Assembly (NCBI GenBank): GCA_009693345.1
Contig: SHXL01000002.1
Location: 1 to 38,391 of the forward strand
Direction of reading: 5' to 3'
Origin: Betaproteobacteria bacterium
GTDB lineage: Bacteria > Pseudomonadota > Gammaproteobacteria > Burkholderiales > SG8-39
DNA length: 38,391 nucleotides
Every line of letters begins with the position of its first letter. Position 1 is the stretch's first letter. Below are positions 1 through 11,948 of this stretch, piece by piece. Both the position numbers and the translations under genes were made by a program. The notes beneath the pieces were generated by a model, which ran no database searches, had not been told where the DNA came from, and saw nothing but the letters and a program-made list of their open reading frames with translations.

Positions 1-257
1 TCCTTCAGGATCGCCTTCTCCAAGGACAGGTCCGCCACCACGCGCTTCAATCCCGCATTCTCGCGCTCCAGATCCTTCAGCCTCTTCGCCTGGTTCGACT
101 TCAGACCGCCGTACTCCTTGGGCCAGCGGTAGTACGTGACATCGGTGATTCCGGCTTCCTTGCAGGCCAGCGCAAGCGCCATGCCTCCGGCCGTGAGTAC
201 CTCGATCTGCCGCAGCTTCGCCACCACCTGCTCCGGGCTAAATCTCTTCTTTGCCAT
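1..257 (-). CDS. IS3-family transposase OrfA, N-terminal ~85 codons (partial, runs off the window)
   Basis: Own translation: MAKKRFSPEQVVAKLRQIEVLTAGGMALALACKEAGITDVTYYRWPKEYGGLKSNQAKRLKDLERENAGLKRVVADLSLEKAILK. It shows the HTH plus leucine-zipper pattern (YYRW.KEYGG ... RLK.LE.EN..LK) of IS3 OrfA proteins. Confidence 0.8.
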   Translation of the reverse strand, partial: MAKKRFSPEQVVAKLRQIEVLTAGGMALALACKEAGITDVTYYRWPKEYGGLKSNQAKRLKDLERENAGLKRVVADLSLEKAILK

Positions 258-323
258 CTTCCGACTCCTTCTTCCAGGTTAAACACTACATTCAACCTGG
301 TACAGAAAAAGCCGGTCAGTTCA
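1..323 (-). mobile_element. IS3-family insertion sequence, one terminus plus the 5' part of orfA; the rest lies beyond the left window edge
   Basis: Read on the minus strand from 323, the sequence is TGAACTGACCGGCTTTTTCTGTACC..., a TG-initiated terminus typical of IS3-family inverted repeats. About 65 nt later come GAAGGAG and the orfA ATG at 257. Confidence 0.7.
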
Positions 324-346
324 ATTCGGGCTCCGACCCCGATTTT
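324..346 (-). repeat. REP-A palindromic repeat, copy 1
   Basis: AATTCGGGCTCCGACCCCGATTTT is the reverse complement of AAAATCGGGGTCGGAGCCCGAATT. It lies about 17 nt downstream of the lon stop and directly abuts the IS terminus at 323. Confidence 0.7.
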
Positions 347-362
347 GAACCGGGCCGGAGGT

Positions 363-2819
<2,457 letters not shown>

Positions 2820-2942
2820 GGTATCTCCTTGTCCCCGGCGCGGACACGCGCCTCTTACCTACTTGCGGCCATATCGGCAGGAATCAAGGCCCGCAATACC
2901 CTAGAATTGAAAGGAATTTCTTCCATCCAGGAGCGTCAGGCG

Positions 2943-3299
2943 ATGCCACCGACCACCACCCCGAGCGGGCTGATCATCAACGACACCGTCCTCGGCACGG
3001 GCGAGGCCGCCGTCGCCGGCCAGGACGTCTCCGTGCATTACACGGGCTGGCTCTTCTATGGCGGCGAACGGGGCAAAAAGTTCGATTCGAGCAAGGACCG
3101 CGGCACGCCCTTCGGCTTCGCGCTCGGCGCCGGCCAGGTCATCAAGGGCTGGGACGAGGGCGTGCAGGGCATGAAGATCGGCGGCAGCCGCACCCTCACC
3201 ATCCCGCCGGAACTGGGTTACGGCGCGCGCGGCGCCGGCGGCGCGATCCCGCCCAACGCGACGCTTATTTTCGAAGTGGAACTGCTGGCAGTCGGCTAG
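2943..3299 (+). CDS. FKBP-type peptidyl-prolyl cis-trans isomerase
   Basis: 118 aa starting at the internal ATG of ORF 1890..3299, with GGAG 8 nt upstream. Motifs: [37 protein letters not shown]...GYG, IPPNA.L.FEVELL. Confidence 0.93.
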   Translation: MPPTTTPSGLIINDTVLGTGEAAVAGQDVSVHYTGWLFYGGERGKKFDSSKDRGTPFGFALGAGQVIKGWDEGVQGMKIGGSRTLTIPPELGYGARGAGGAIPPNATLIFEVELLAVG

Positions 3300-3753
3300 G
3301 AAGGTAGAGCGGATGGGCGGGTTCGCCGCCCGCGTTCACGCGTAGCGCGTGCAGCGCGATTCTGTTTGCTCTTAACTTCTTGAGGACTTCGGCGGAACGA
3401 CCGAGAAATCCCCCGTGGTTGCCCCACGCGCACACCACGAGCGCCGAATCCTTCGCCGCGCGCACGATCGCCGCGTCGTTGCCCGGCCCCACCGGGTCGG
3501 CCGCCGCCTTCATCTGATCCGGGTCTGTATTCCTAAAAGCAAAAATATTCGTCACGATGAGGGCGCCGTAGCCCCATCGCTCGGCGAAATTGCGCGCCCT
3601 CGAGCACGTCGGATCGAGTTTCACCTCGTTCGCGGTGCTCGGGTTGAGCATGAGGAAATTGGCGACGGGCTGCGACGCATCCCAGCGCCGCCAGAGCAGG
3701 TAGCGCCAGCGGCGGCAGGACGAAAACGTGGCCCCCGAATCGTTGTTAAGCAT
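3265..3753 (-). CDS. DUF1643 domain-containing protein
   Basis: 162 aa with the pattern RYLLWRRW ... FLMLNPSTA ... DPT ... [10 protein letters not shown] ... AWG ... HPLY, which is characteristic of DUF1643. The ATG overlaps the livF-like stop (ATGCTTAA). Confidence 0.8.
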   Translation of the reverse strand: MLNNDSGATFSSCRRWRYLLWRRWDASQPVANFLMLNPSTANEVKLDPTCSRARNFAERWGYGALIVTNIFAFRNTDPDQMKAAADPVGPGNDAAIVRAAKDSALVVCAWGNHGGFLGRSAEVLKKLRANRIALHALRVNAGGEPAHPLYLPSRLPAVPLRK

Positions 3754-4384
3754 TCGCCCCGCGTTCGATGACCACTTCGCGGTCCACCAGCGAGCGCGAA
3801 TGATTGAGGTCCGACTGCGACATCAGCACCGCGAGCTGCGTGCCGCGCAGGGCGCCGACAACCTCCGAGAGGCGCTGCGAGAGGGCGGGCGCGAGGCCTT
3901 CGAAGGGTTCATCCAGCAACAGCAGGCGCGTGCCCACCGCCAGCGCGCGCGCCAGCGCCACCATCTTCTGCTGGCCGCCGGACAGGAGCAGCGCGCGGCG
4001 GTCGCGCAGCGCGTGCAGTTCGGGCAGGACCTGGTAGACGAACTTCAGGCGCTCGTCCGCCTTGAGCGCCTTCGATACCCAGACGGGCACGAGGATGTTC
4101 TCTTCCACCGTGAGTTCGGGGACGAGGCCCCGGTCCTCCGGCATGTAGCCGATGCCGAGGCCGGCGCGCGCGTGGCTCGGCAGGTGCGCGAGGTCGGCGC
4201 CGTCGAAGCTGAGCGCGCCGCCGCTCGCCGGCAGGTGGCCCATGACGGTGCGCATCAGACTCGTTTTGCCCGCGCCGTTGCGCCCGACCAGGCTCACCAT
4301 GTTGCCGGCCGCCACTTCCAGCGAGAAGCCGCGCAGCGCCTGCACCGAGGAAATGGTCACCTGAATGGATGAAATCCTGAGCAT
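3746..4384 (-). CDS. livF: Branched-chain amino acid ABC transporter ATP-binding protein (LivF-like)
   Basis: 212 aa with Walker A GRNGAGKTS, signature LSGGQQKM and Walker B LLLLDEP. It is the last ATPase of the liv-type operon. Confidence 0.88.
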   Translation of the reverse strand: MLRISSIQVTISSVQALRGFSLEVAAGNMVSLVGRNGAGKTSLMRTVMGHLPASGGALSFDGADLAHLPSHARAGLGIGYMPEDRGLVPELTVEENILVPVWVSKALKADERLKFVYQVLPELHALRDRRALLLSGGQQKMVALARALAVGTRLLLLDEPFEGLAPALSQRLSEVVGALRGTQLAVLMSQSDLNHSRSLVDREVVIERGANA

Positions 4385-5142
4385 CAGATCTGTCCACCCG
4401 TGACGTGGCGGCGCACGTCCGCGTCGGCGAGCACTGTGGCCGGCGCGCCGTCTGCCAGCACGCGCCCGCTGTAGAACGCCACCACCCGACTAGCGTAGCG
4501 CGTGACGATCTCCATGTCGTGCTCGACGAACAGCACCGCGGTGCCCTCGCTGTGCGTTTCTCCCGCTATCGCGGCCATCACCGTTTCCATCATCGGGAAT
4601 TTCTCCTCCACGCTGACGCCGCTGGTGGGTTCGTCCAGCAGCAGCAAGCGCGGCCGCCGCGTCAGCGACATGGCGATATCGAGCAGCTTGCGTATCCCGC
4701 CCGGCAGTTCCGCGACGCGGCGCTCGGCGTGCGCGCCCAGCGCGAAACGCTCGAGCAGGGCAAGGGCGCGCTCGCGTGTCTGCGCGGTGTGCGCCGGCTG
4801 CCAGAAGGACAGCGCCTCGCCGCCGCAGGCCGCCGCCACCAGGATGTTGTCGAGCACGTTCATCTCCGCGCACAGCTGCGGGATCTGGAACGAGCGCGCG
4901 ACGCCCAGGCGCTCGATCTCGCGCGGCCCGAGCGCGGTGACGTCGCGGCCGTCGAGCTCGATCGCGCCCGCGTCCGGCTTGAGATAGCCCGTAATCAGGT
5001 TGACGAAGGTGGTCTTGCCCGCGCCGTTGCTGCCGATCAGGCCGACCCGTTCGCCGGCGGCGACCGCGATGGTCACCGCTTCAGCGGCGACCACGCCGTC
5101 GAAATGCTTTGAAAGAGATTTTGCGGAAAGGACCGGGCTCAT
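4384..5142 (-). CDS. livG: Branched-chain amino acid ABC transporter ATP-binding protein (LivG-like)
   Basis: 252 aa with Walker A GSNGAGKTT and Walker B LLLLDEPTSG, plus the LivG-type C-terminal extension. Its stop overlaps the livF start. Confidence 0.92.
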   Translation of the reverse strand: MSPVLSAKSLSKHFDGVVAAEAVTIAVAAGERVGLIGSNGAGKTTFVNLITGYLKPDAGAIELDGRDVTALGPREIERLGVARSFQIPQLCAEMNVLDNILVAAACGGEALSFWQPAHTAQTRERALALLERFALGAHAERRVAELPGGIRKLLDIAMSLTRRPRLLLLDEPTSGVSVEEKFPMMETVMAAIAGETHSEGTAVLFVEHDMEIVTRYASRVVAFYSGRVLADGAPATVLADADVRRHVTGGQI

Positions 5143-6056
5143 TTCTTGATCAAGGAACCCAGACCGCGGGGGAAAAAACGAATCACAATCAGCAGGAAAA
5201 TCCCCAACGCCATCTGCCAGGTGTTCGGGAAATAGGAACTCGAGAACGAGCGCACCAGCTCCAGCACGAACGAGGCCGCGAAGGCGCCCAGTACACCGGT
5301 GTGGCCGGCGAGGATCGCCACGAACACGAATTCGCCCGAGGTGGTCCAGTAGCTGAAATTGGGCTCGATGTGGCCGAGCGCCATGATCGCCAGCGCGCCG
5401 CCCGCGCCGCCGAGGAAGGCGGCGAGGAGGAAGTTCGCCGCCATCACGCGCGTCACCGAGGCGCCCAGGTACTCCACGCGTAGCTCGTTCTCGCGGATCG
5501 CCAGCGACACCAGGCCGCGCGAGGAGTCAAAGTAGATGCGCGCGCCGATGGAGAGAAGCCCGGTGGCCACGACGGCGATCGAATAGAGGACGTAGCCCGA
5601 CCAGGCGTCCGCGATCTTCATGCCGAGCAGCGTCGGCCGGCTCATGGTGAAACCGTCCGAGCCGCCCAGCGCGTCCATCTTCACCAGCACGCCGTAGAGC
5701 ACCATCGAGAGCGCCAGCGTCAGCATGGCGAAGAAGATGCCGCGGTAGCGGGCGAGCAGCACCGCGAAGGGTGCCGTCATCAGCACCGCAGCCGCGCCGC
5801 CTGCCGCGGTGAGCAGCAGGGCGTCGGTGACGCCGAGCTTGTTCGAGAGCAGCGCCGCCGCGTAGCCGCCGGCGGCGAACACCAGGCCCTGGCCGAAGGA
5901 CACCACGCCGCCGCGCATGAGGAGCACGATGCCCAGCGACACGACGCCGTTGGCCGCCGCCATGGTGCAGAGGAACAGCAGCCACTTGGGGAGCAACAGG
6001 CCTGCGATTAAGAAAATGACGACGAGTGAAACGCCGAACCAGACGGTTCTCTTCAT
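5139..6056 (-). CDS. livM: Branched-chain amino acid ABC transporter permease (LivM-like)
   Basis: Starts at the internal ATG (MKRTVWFGVSLVV...) of ORF 5139..6458. The product is a 305-aa polytopic membrane protein, and there is an ATGA overlap with the upstream permease stop. Confidence 0.9.
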   Translation of the reverse strand: MKRTVWFGVSLVVIFLIAGLLLPKWLLFLCTMAAANGVVSLGIVLLMRGGVVSFGQGLVFAAGGYAAALLSNKLGVTDALLLTAAGGAAAVLMTAPFAVLLARYRGIFFAMLTLALSMVLYGVLVKMDALGGSDGFTMSRPTLLGMKIADAWSGYVLYSIAVVATGLLSIGARIYFDSSRGLVSLAIRENELRVEYLGASVTRVMAANFLLAAFLGGAGGALAIMALGHIEPNFSYWTTSGEFVFVAILAGHTGVLGAFAASFVLELVRSFSSSYFPNTWQMALGIFLLIVIRFFPRGLGSLIKK

Positions 6057-6949
6057 ATGCGTCTGGCCTTCACGCGCAGGAACAGGCCCTCGGGCCGGAA
6101 GACGAGCACGATCGCCATCGCAAGATAGATGCTGAACAGTTCGGCCGGCGGCCAGGTGTGCACCGCCAGAGCGCGCGCGAGGCCGACGATCAGCGCGCCG
6201 ATCGCCGCGCCCTCGATCGAGCCCAGGCCGCCGATGATCACCACCGCGAATGAGACGATCACCACGCTCACGCTCACGCCCGGCTGCACCGAGATCATTG
6301 GCGCGGTGAGCGCGCCTCCCAGTGCGGCGAGGAAGATGCCGAACATGAAGGCGAAGGTATAGACACGCGACACATTCACGCCCATCGATGAAGCCACCTC
6401 GGCGCTGTGGATCACCGCCAGCACCACCTTGCCGATGCGCGTGCGATTGAGACCCCACCAGACGCCGATGCCGCAGACCGCCGCCACCACCACCAGCGCG
6501 AAGTCGTAGCCGACGTAGGCCTGCTCGCCCACCTGCACGTTGCCGAAGAGCGCGTAGGGCGCGCTCACGAAGTAGGGGTTGGCGCCCCAGATCAGCTTGG
6601 TCGCATCCTCGAGGATCAGGAACAGCGCGTAGGTCACCAGCACCAGCAACACCTCGTCGCGCCCGTAGAACACGCGCAGCAGGCCGCGCTCAACGAGCGG
6701 CGCAAGCAGCGCCGCCACTGCGACCGAGGCCATGAACAGCGCGATGATCGACATCCACGGCGCGAAGCCCGCGGCAGCAAACCAGGCCACGAAGCTCGCC
6801 GCGGCATAGGCGCCCACGGCATAGAAGCTGCCGTGGGCGATGTTGAGGATCTTGAGGACCCCGAAGACCAGCGTCAGGCCCAGCGCGACGATGAACAGCC
6901 ACGACGCGTAGGTGACGCCGTCGACGAGGATGGTGACGGCGGTATTAAT
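6053..6949 (-). CDS. livH: Branched-chain amino acid ABC transporter permease (LivH-like); start codon uncertain and probably non-canonical
   Basis: The tracked ORF starts at GTG 6817. However, the 44 in-frame codons upstream encode the conserved LivH N-terminus (INTAVTILVDGVTYASWLFIVALGLTLVFGVLKILNIAHGSFYA). The frame opens at 6958 and contains no ATG, GTG or TTG, and ATT at 6949 is the first plausible start. Confidence 0.8.
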   Translation of the reverse strand: MNTAVTILVDGVTYASWLFIVALGLTLVFGVLKILNIAHGSFYAVGAYAAASFVAWFAAAGFAPWMSIIALFMASVAVAALLAPLVERGLLRVFYGRDEVLLVLVTYALFLILEDATKLIWGANPYFVSAPYALFGNVQVGEQAYVGYDFALVVVAAVCGIGVWWGLNRTRIGKVVLAVIHSAEVASSMGVNVSRVYTFAFMFGIFLAALGGALTAPMISVQPGVSVSVVIVSFAVVIIGGLGSIEGAAIGALIVGLARALAVHTWPPAELFSIYLAMAIVLVFRPEGLFLRVKARRI

Positions 6950-6984
6950 TTTTTTTAGTTAAGAAAGATCTCGAAAGGAAATTC

Positions 6985-8265
6985 TCAAGGACATTTTGCC
7001 CCTGCAAATCCGCCCTTGATCCAGTCCTCGCCCTTCACGCCGGGCGGCGGGTTGACGCAGTCGGCCGGGAAGCGCTGGATGTCCACCAGAGTCACCATCT
7101 TCTTCGCCGCGTCGTACTTGGTGCGGCCAATGGCGGTATCTTGCGTCGCCTGATGCCCGTCGGCCAGATTCATGCGGATGCGGCCCGCGGGCGATTCCCA
7201 CTCCGAGCCCTTGAGAGCGGCGGCGAGCTGCTCAGGCGACGGCTTCTTGCCGCCGTTGGCCACCATCGCCTTCTCCACCGCGAGCTTAAGTCCCAATAGC
7301 GACTGCACCATGCGGTACGGCGCCTGCACCGGGTAGACCTTGTTGGCGTCCTCGTAGAGCTTCCACCACCAGTCGTTCAGCGCGCTCTTGGGCGACATCA
7401 GGCCGTAGGCGCCGCGCGCGCCGAGGATCACGCCGTCGGGCATCTTGTCGCCGAGACCGGGCAGCACGTGGTCGCCGGCGGAAATCACCACCTGGGTGCG
7501 TTTAAACAGGTCTCGCGGGCCGGCCTGCAGCACGAAGGCCTGCAGGTCGCCGCCCCAGAGGCTGGTGTGCGTGAGGTCCGCGGGCTGCGCGAGCAGCGCT
7601 GAGATCTCGGTGCCGTACTGGCCGGCGCCGAACTTGGGCAGCAGATCGGTCTGCGCCTTCGAGCCCGGGAAGAGCTGCGCCGCCGCGGCCTTGAAGTCGT
7701 TGCGCGAGTCGTGGCCCCAGGCGTAATCCTGATTGATGTAGTTGATACTGCCAGCCTTGATGCTGCGCGCCTTCAGGTAGCGGGCGAGCGCGACGTTGTC
7801 CATTACCGCGTGCGACGCGGTGCGGAACACGTAGCTGTACTTCCCGTCCTCGAAAATCCGCGGCGTGCCGCAGTCGTAGAGGATCAGGAACTTCTTCATC
7901 TCCTCAGCCACCGGGGCCACCGCGAGGCAGTCGCCCGAACCGACGTAGCCCACGACGGCATCGACCTTATCGCGATCGTAGAGGTTACGCAGTTCCTGCA
8001 CCTGCTTGGTCGCGCCGCCGTTCTCGTCCACGTACACCGGCTCGATCCGCACGCCGCCGAAGCCGACCTTATTGTACGGCGCCGGCGCCTGGCCCTTGTT
8101 GAAGGCTTCGATCACGGCCTTCGCGCCGTTGACCGCAGGCACGCCGAAGCTCTCGGCGGCCGACCCGGAGAGAAAGCTCACGACGCCGAGCTTGAAGGTT
8201 TCCTGCGCGCATGCGCTGCCCGCGGCGAATAGCCCTCCGATAAGCAATGCCTCAATTCGTTTCAT
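6985..8265 (-). CDS. ABC transporter substrate-binding protein (type-1 periplasmic binding fold, Leu/Ile/Val-binding family-like)
   Basis: Starts at the internal ATG (MKRIEALLIGGLFAAGSACAQE, a signal peptide), preceded by GGGAGGAGAGG. The product is 426 aa and is the first gene of the liv-type operon. Confidence 0.9.
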   Translation of the reverse strand: MKRIEALLIGGLFAAGSACAQETFKLGVVSFLSGSAAESFGVPAVNGAKAVIEAFNKGQAPAPYNKVGFGGVRIEPVYVDENGGATKQVQELRNLYDRDKVDAVVGYVGSGDCLAVAPVAEEMKKFLILYDCGTPRIFEDGKYSYVFRTASHAVMDNVALARYLKARSIKAGSINYINQDYAWGHDSRNDFKAAAAQLFPGSKAQTDLLPKFGAGQYGTEISALLAQPADLTHTSLWGGDLQAFVLQAGPRDLFKRTQVVISAGDHVLPGLGDKMPDGVILGARGAYGLMSPKSALNDWWWKLYEDANKVYPVQAPYRMVQSLLGLKLAVEKAMVANGGKKPSPEQLAAALKGSEWESPAGRIRMNLADGHQATQDTAIGRTKYDAAKKMVTLVDIQRFPADCVNPPPGVKGEDWIKGGFAGAKCP

Positions 8266-8359
8266 GGTTCCTCTCCTCCCGAGAAAGGCGCTAAGTCTAG
8301 CAAAACCGCAAGCTGTTCGGCGCCCTCGATCGCGCGCTCCCTGTATATTCCGCCCCGCG

Positions 8360-10123
<1,764 letters not shown>

Positions 10124-10143
10124 AATCCATTACATTGCCGTCC

Positions 10144-11055
10144 ATGCGCGCGCTACTTGCGATTCTTTCCTGCCTGCTCGCGGCCGAACCTGCCGGCGCG
10201 CAGGGTTATCCAACCAAACCGGTGAAGATCGTCGTCTCCTCCTCCGCCGGCGGCTCGCCCGATACTCAGGTGCGCCTTTTCACGCAGAAGATGACCGAGG
10301 CGCAGGGCTACGCTTGGGTGATCGAGAACCAGCCCGGCGCCGACGGCTATACGCTGCTGATGGCATCGGCGGGGCCGCTCTACGTCAATCCGACGCTCTA
10401 CGCGCGGCTGCCCTACGACATCCTGCGCGACTTCGCGCCGATCACGCAGGTGTCGAACACGCCCAACATTCTCGTCGTCCATCCGGGCGTGCCGGCGAAA
10501 AACGTGCAGGAACTGATCGCCTACGCACGGGCCAATCCGGGCAAGCTGCGCTTCGGTTCGCCCGGCAGCGGCTCGTCGCAGCGCCCCTCTGGCGAACTCT
10601 TCGACGCCATTGCCGGTGTGCAGATGCAGCACGTGCCCTACAAGTCGAGCTCGCAAATGACCAACGAGCTGATCGGCGGCCAGATCGAGCTTGCATTCCA
10701 GAACGCGCCGCTGGTGCTCCCCTACGTGAAATCCGGCAAGCTGCGCGGGCTCGCGGTAACCACGCGCACGCGCCTCGCGGCGGCGCCGGAACTGCCGACC
10801 CTCGATCAATCCGGCCTTGCGGGCTACGAGTTCGGCGGCGGCTCGGGGCTGCTCGCGCCCAAGGGGACGCCCGTTGCGGTGTTGCAGAAACTCGAAACCG
10901 ACGCGCGCGCCGCGATCGCCGCGGTGCGCGATCAGTTCGCTGCGCACGGGCTGATCGCGGTGGGCTCGAGCGCGGCCGAATTCGCCGCCACCCTGAAAAC
11001 CGAGATCGCGCGCATCGCGCCGCTCGTGCGCGCGAGCGGCGCGAGGGTCGAATGA
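10144..11055 (+). CDS. Bug-family tripartite tricarboxylate transporter substrate-binding protein (TctC-like)
   Basis: Signal peptide MRALLAILSCLLAAEPAGAQG, then YPTKPVKIVV ... ENQPGA ... DGYTLL ... PYKSS. An alternative GTG start at 10120 overlaps the uup stop. Confidence 0.88.
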   Translation: MRALLAILSCLLAAEPAGAQGYPTKPVKIVVSSSAGGSPDTQVRLFTQKMTEAQGYAWVIENQPGADGYTLLMASAGPLYVNPTLYARLPYDILRDFAPITQVSNTPNILVVHPGVPAKNVQELIAYARANPGKLRFGSPGSGSSQRPSGELFDAIAGVQMQHVPYKSSSQMTNELIGGQIELAFQNAPLVLPYVKSGKLRGLAVTTRTRLAAAPELPTLDQSGLAGYEFGGGSGLLAPKGTPVAVLQKLETDARAAIAAVRDQFAAHGLIAVGSSAAEFAATLKTEIARIAPLVRASGARVE

Positions 11056-11921
11056 GTGCGAAGGTATTCCTCGACTACGACCAGCAGGCGCTCGACGACG
11101 CATACGACCAGGCCGTGTACGCGCCCAACCGCGACCAGGTCCTCGCGCGGTTCGCCGCGGCGAGCGCGCTCGTGCGCGAGCGCCTCGGAGAACCATTGCG
11201 CCTCGCCTACGGCCCGGCTCCCATCGAACAGTTGGACGTATACAAGACGGTACTGCCCGATGCGCCGGTCATCGTCTTCGTCCATGGCGGCGCCTGGCTG
11301 CGCGGCATGGCGCGCAACTACGCCTTCCCCGCCGAGGTGTTCGCCCGCGCCGGCGCGCACTACGTCGCGATCGATTTCAACAACGTGACCGAAACCGGCG
11401 GCGACCTGGCGCCAATGGCCGACCAGGTGCGGCGCGCCATCGCCTGGGTATGCCGCAACTGCGCCTCCTTCGGCGGCAACCCTGCGCGCGTCTACGTCTC
11501 GGGCACGTCCTCGGGGGCGCACTTCGGCGGCGTCGCCGCGGCCACCGACTGGCAGAAGGATTTCGGCCTGCCGCGCGACGCGGTGAAGGGCTACACGCTG
11601 GTGAGCGGAATGTACGACCTGCGCGGCCCGCGCCTCTCCAAGCGCTCAGCGTATGTGAAGTTCACCGACGCAATCGAGGACGCGCTCTCACCGCAGCGGC
11701 ACCTTGAGCGCATCGTCGCGCCCATCGTGCTCGTGTACGGCTCTCTCGAGACACCCGAATTCCAGCGCCAGTCGCGCGATTTCGCCGCCGCCCTGCGCCT
11801 GGCCGGCAAGCCGGTCGACCTCATCTTCGCCGAGGGCTACAACCACTTCGAAATCGCCGAAACCCTCGGCAACCCCTACAGCCAAGCCGTCCGCGCCGCC
11901 CTCGCGCAGATGGGTCTCTGA
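11052..11921 (+). CDS. Alpha/beta hydrolase (esterase/arylformamidase-like)
   Basis: 289 aa with the HGGAW oxyanion motif and the GTSSGA (GxSxG) nucleophile elbow. There is an ATGA overlap with the Bug gene stop. Confidence 0.88.
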   Translation: MSAKVFLDYDQQALDDAYDQAVYAPNRDQVLARFAAASALVRERLGEPLRLAYGPAPIEQLDVYKTVLPDAPVIVFVHGGAWLRGMARNYAFPAEVFARAGAHYVAIDFNNVTETGGDLAPMADQVRRAIAWVCRNCASFGGNPARVYVSGTSSGAHFGGVAAATDWQKDFGLPRDAVKGYTLVSGMYDLRGPRLSKRSAYVKFTDAIEDALSPQRHLERIVAPIVLVYGSLETPEFQRQSRDFAAALRLAGKPVDLIFAEGYNHFEIAETLGNPYSQAVRAALAQMGL

Positions 11922-11945
11922 GAAATCGGGCTCTGACCCCGATTC
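11922..11945 (-). repeat. REP-A palindromic repeat, copy 2
   Basis: GAAATCGGGCTCTGACCCCGATTC lies between two convergent stop codons (11921 and 11949). Confidence 0.75.
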
Positions 11946-11948
11946 TTC

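Noticed and set aside
2820-2942. Sigma32 heat-shock promoter upstream of lon
   Set aside because: CTTGATT and CCGATAT/CCTTGATT-like elements are present, but their spacings do not fit CTTGAAA-N13-15-CCCCATNT. An imperfect inverted repeat TTGCGGCC...GGCCCGCAA (approx 2862..2900) was noted but is too weak to call.
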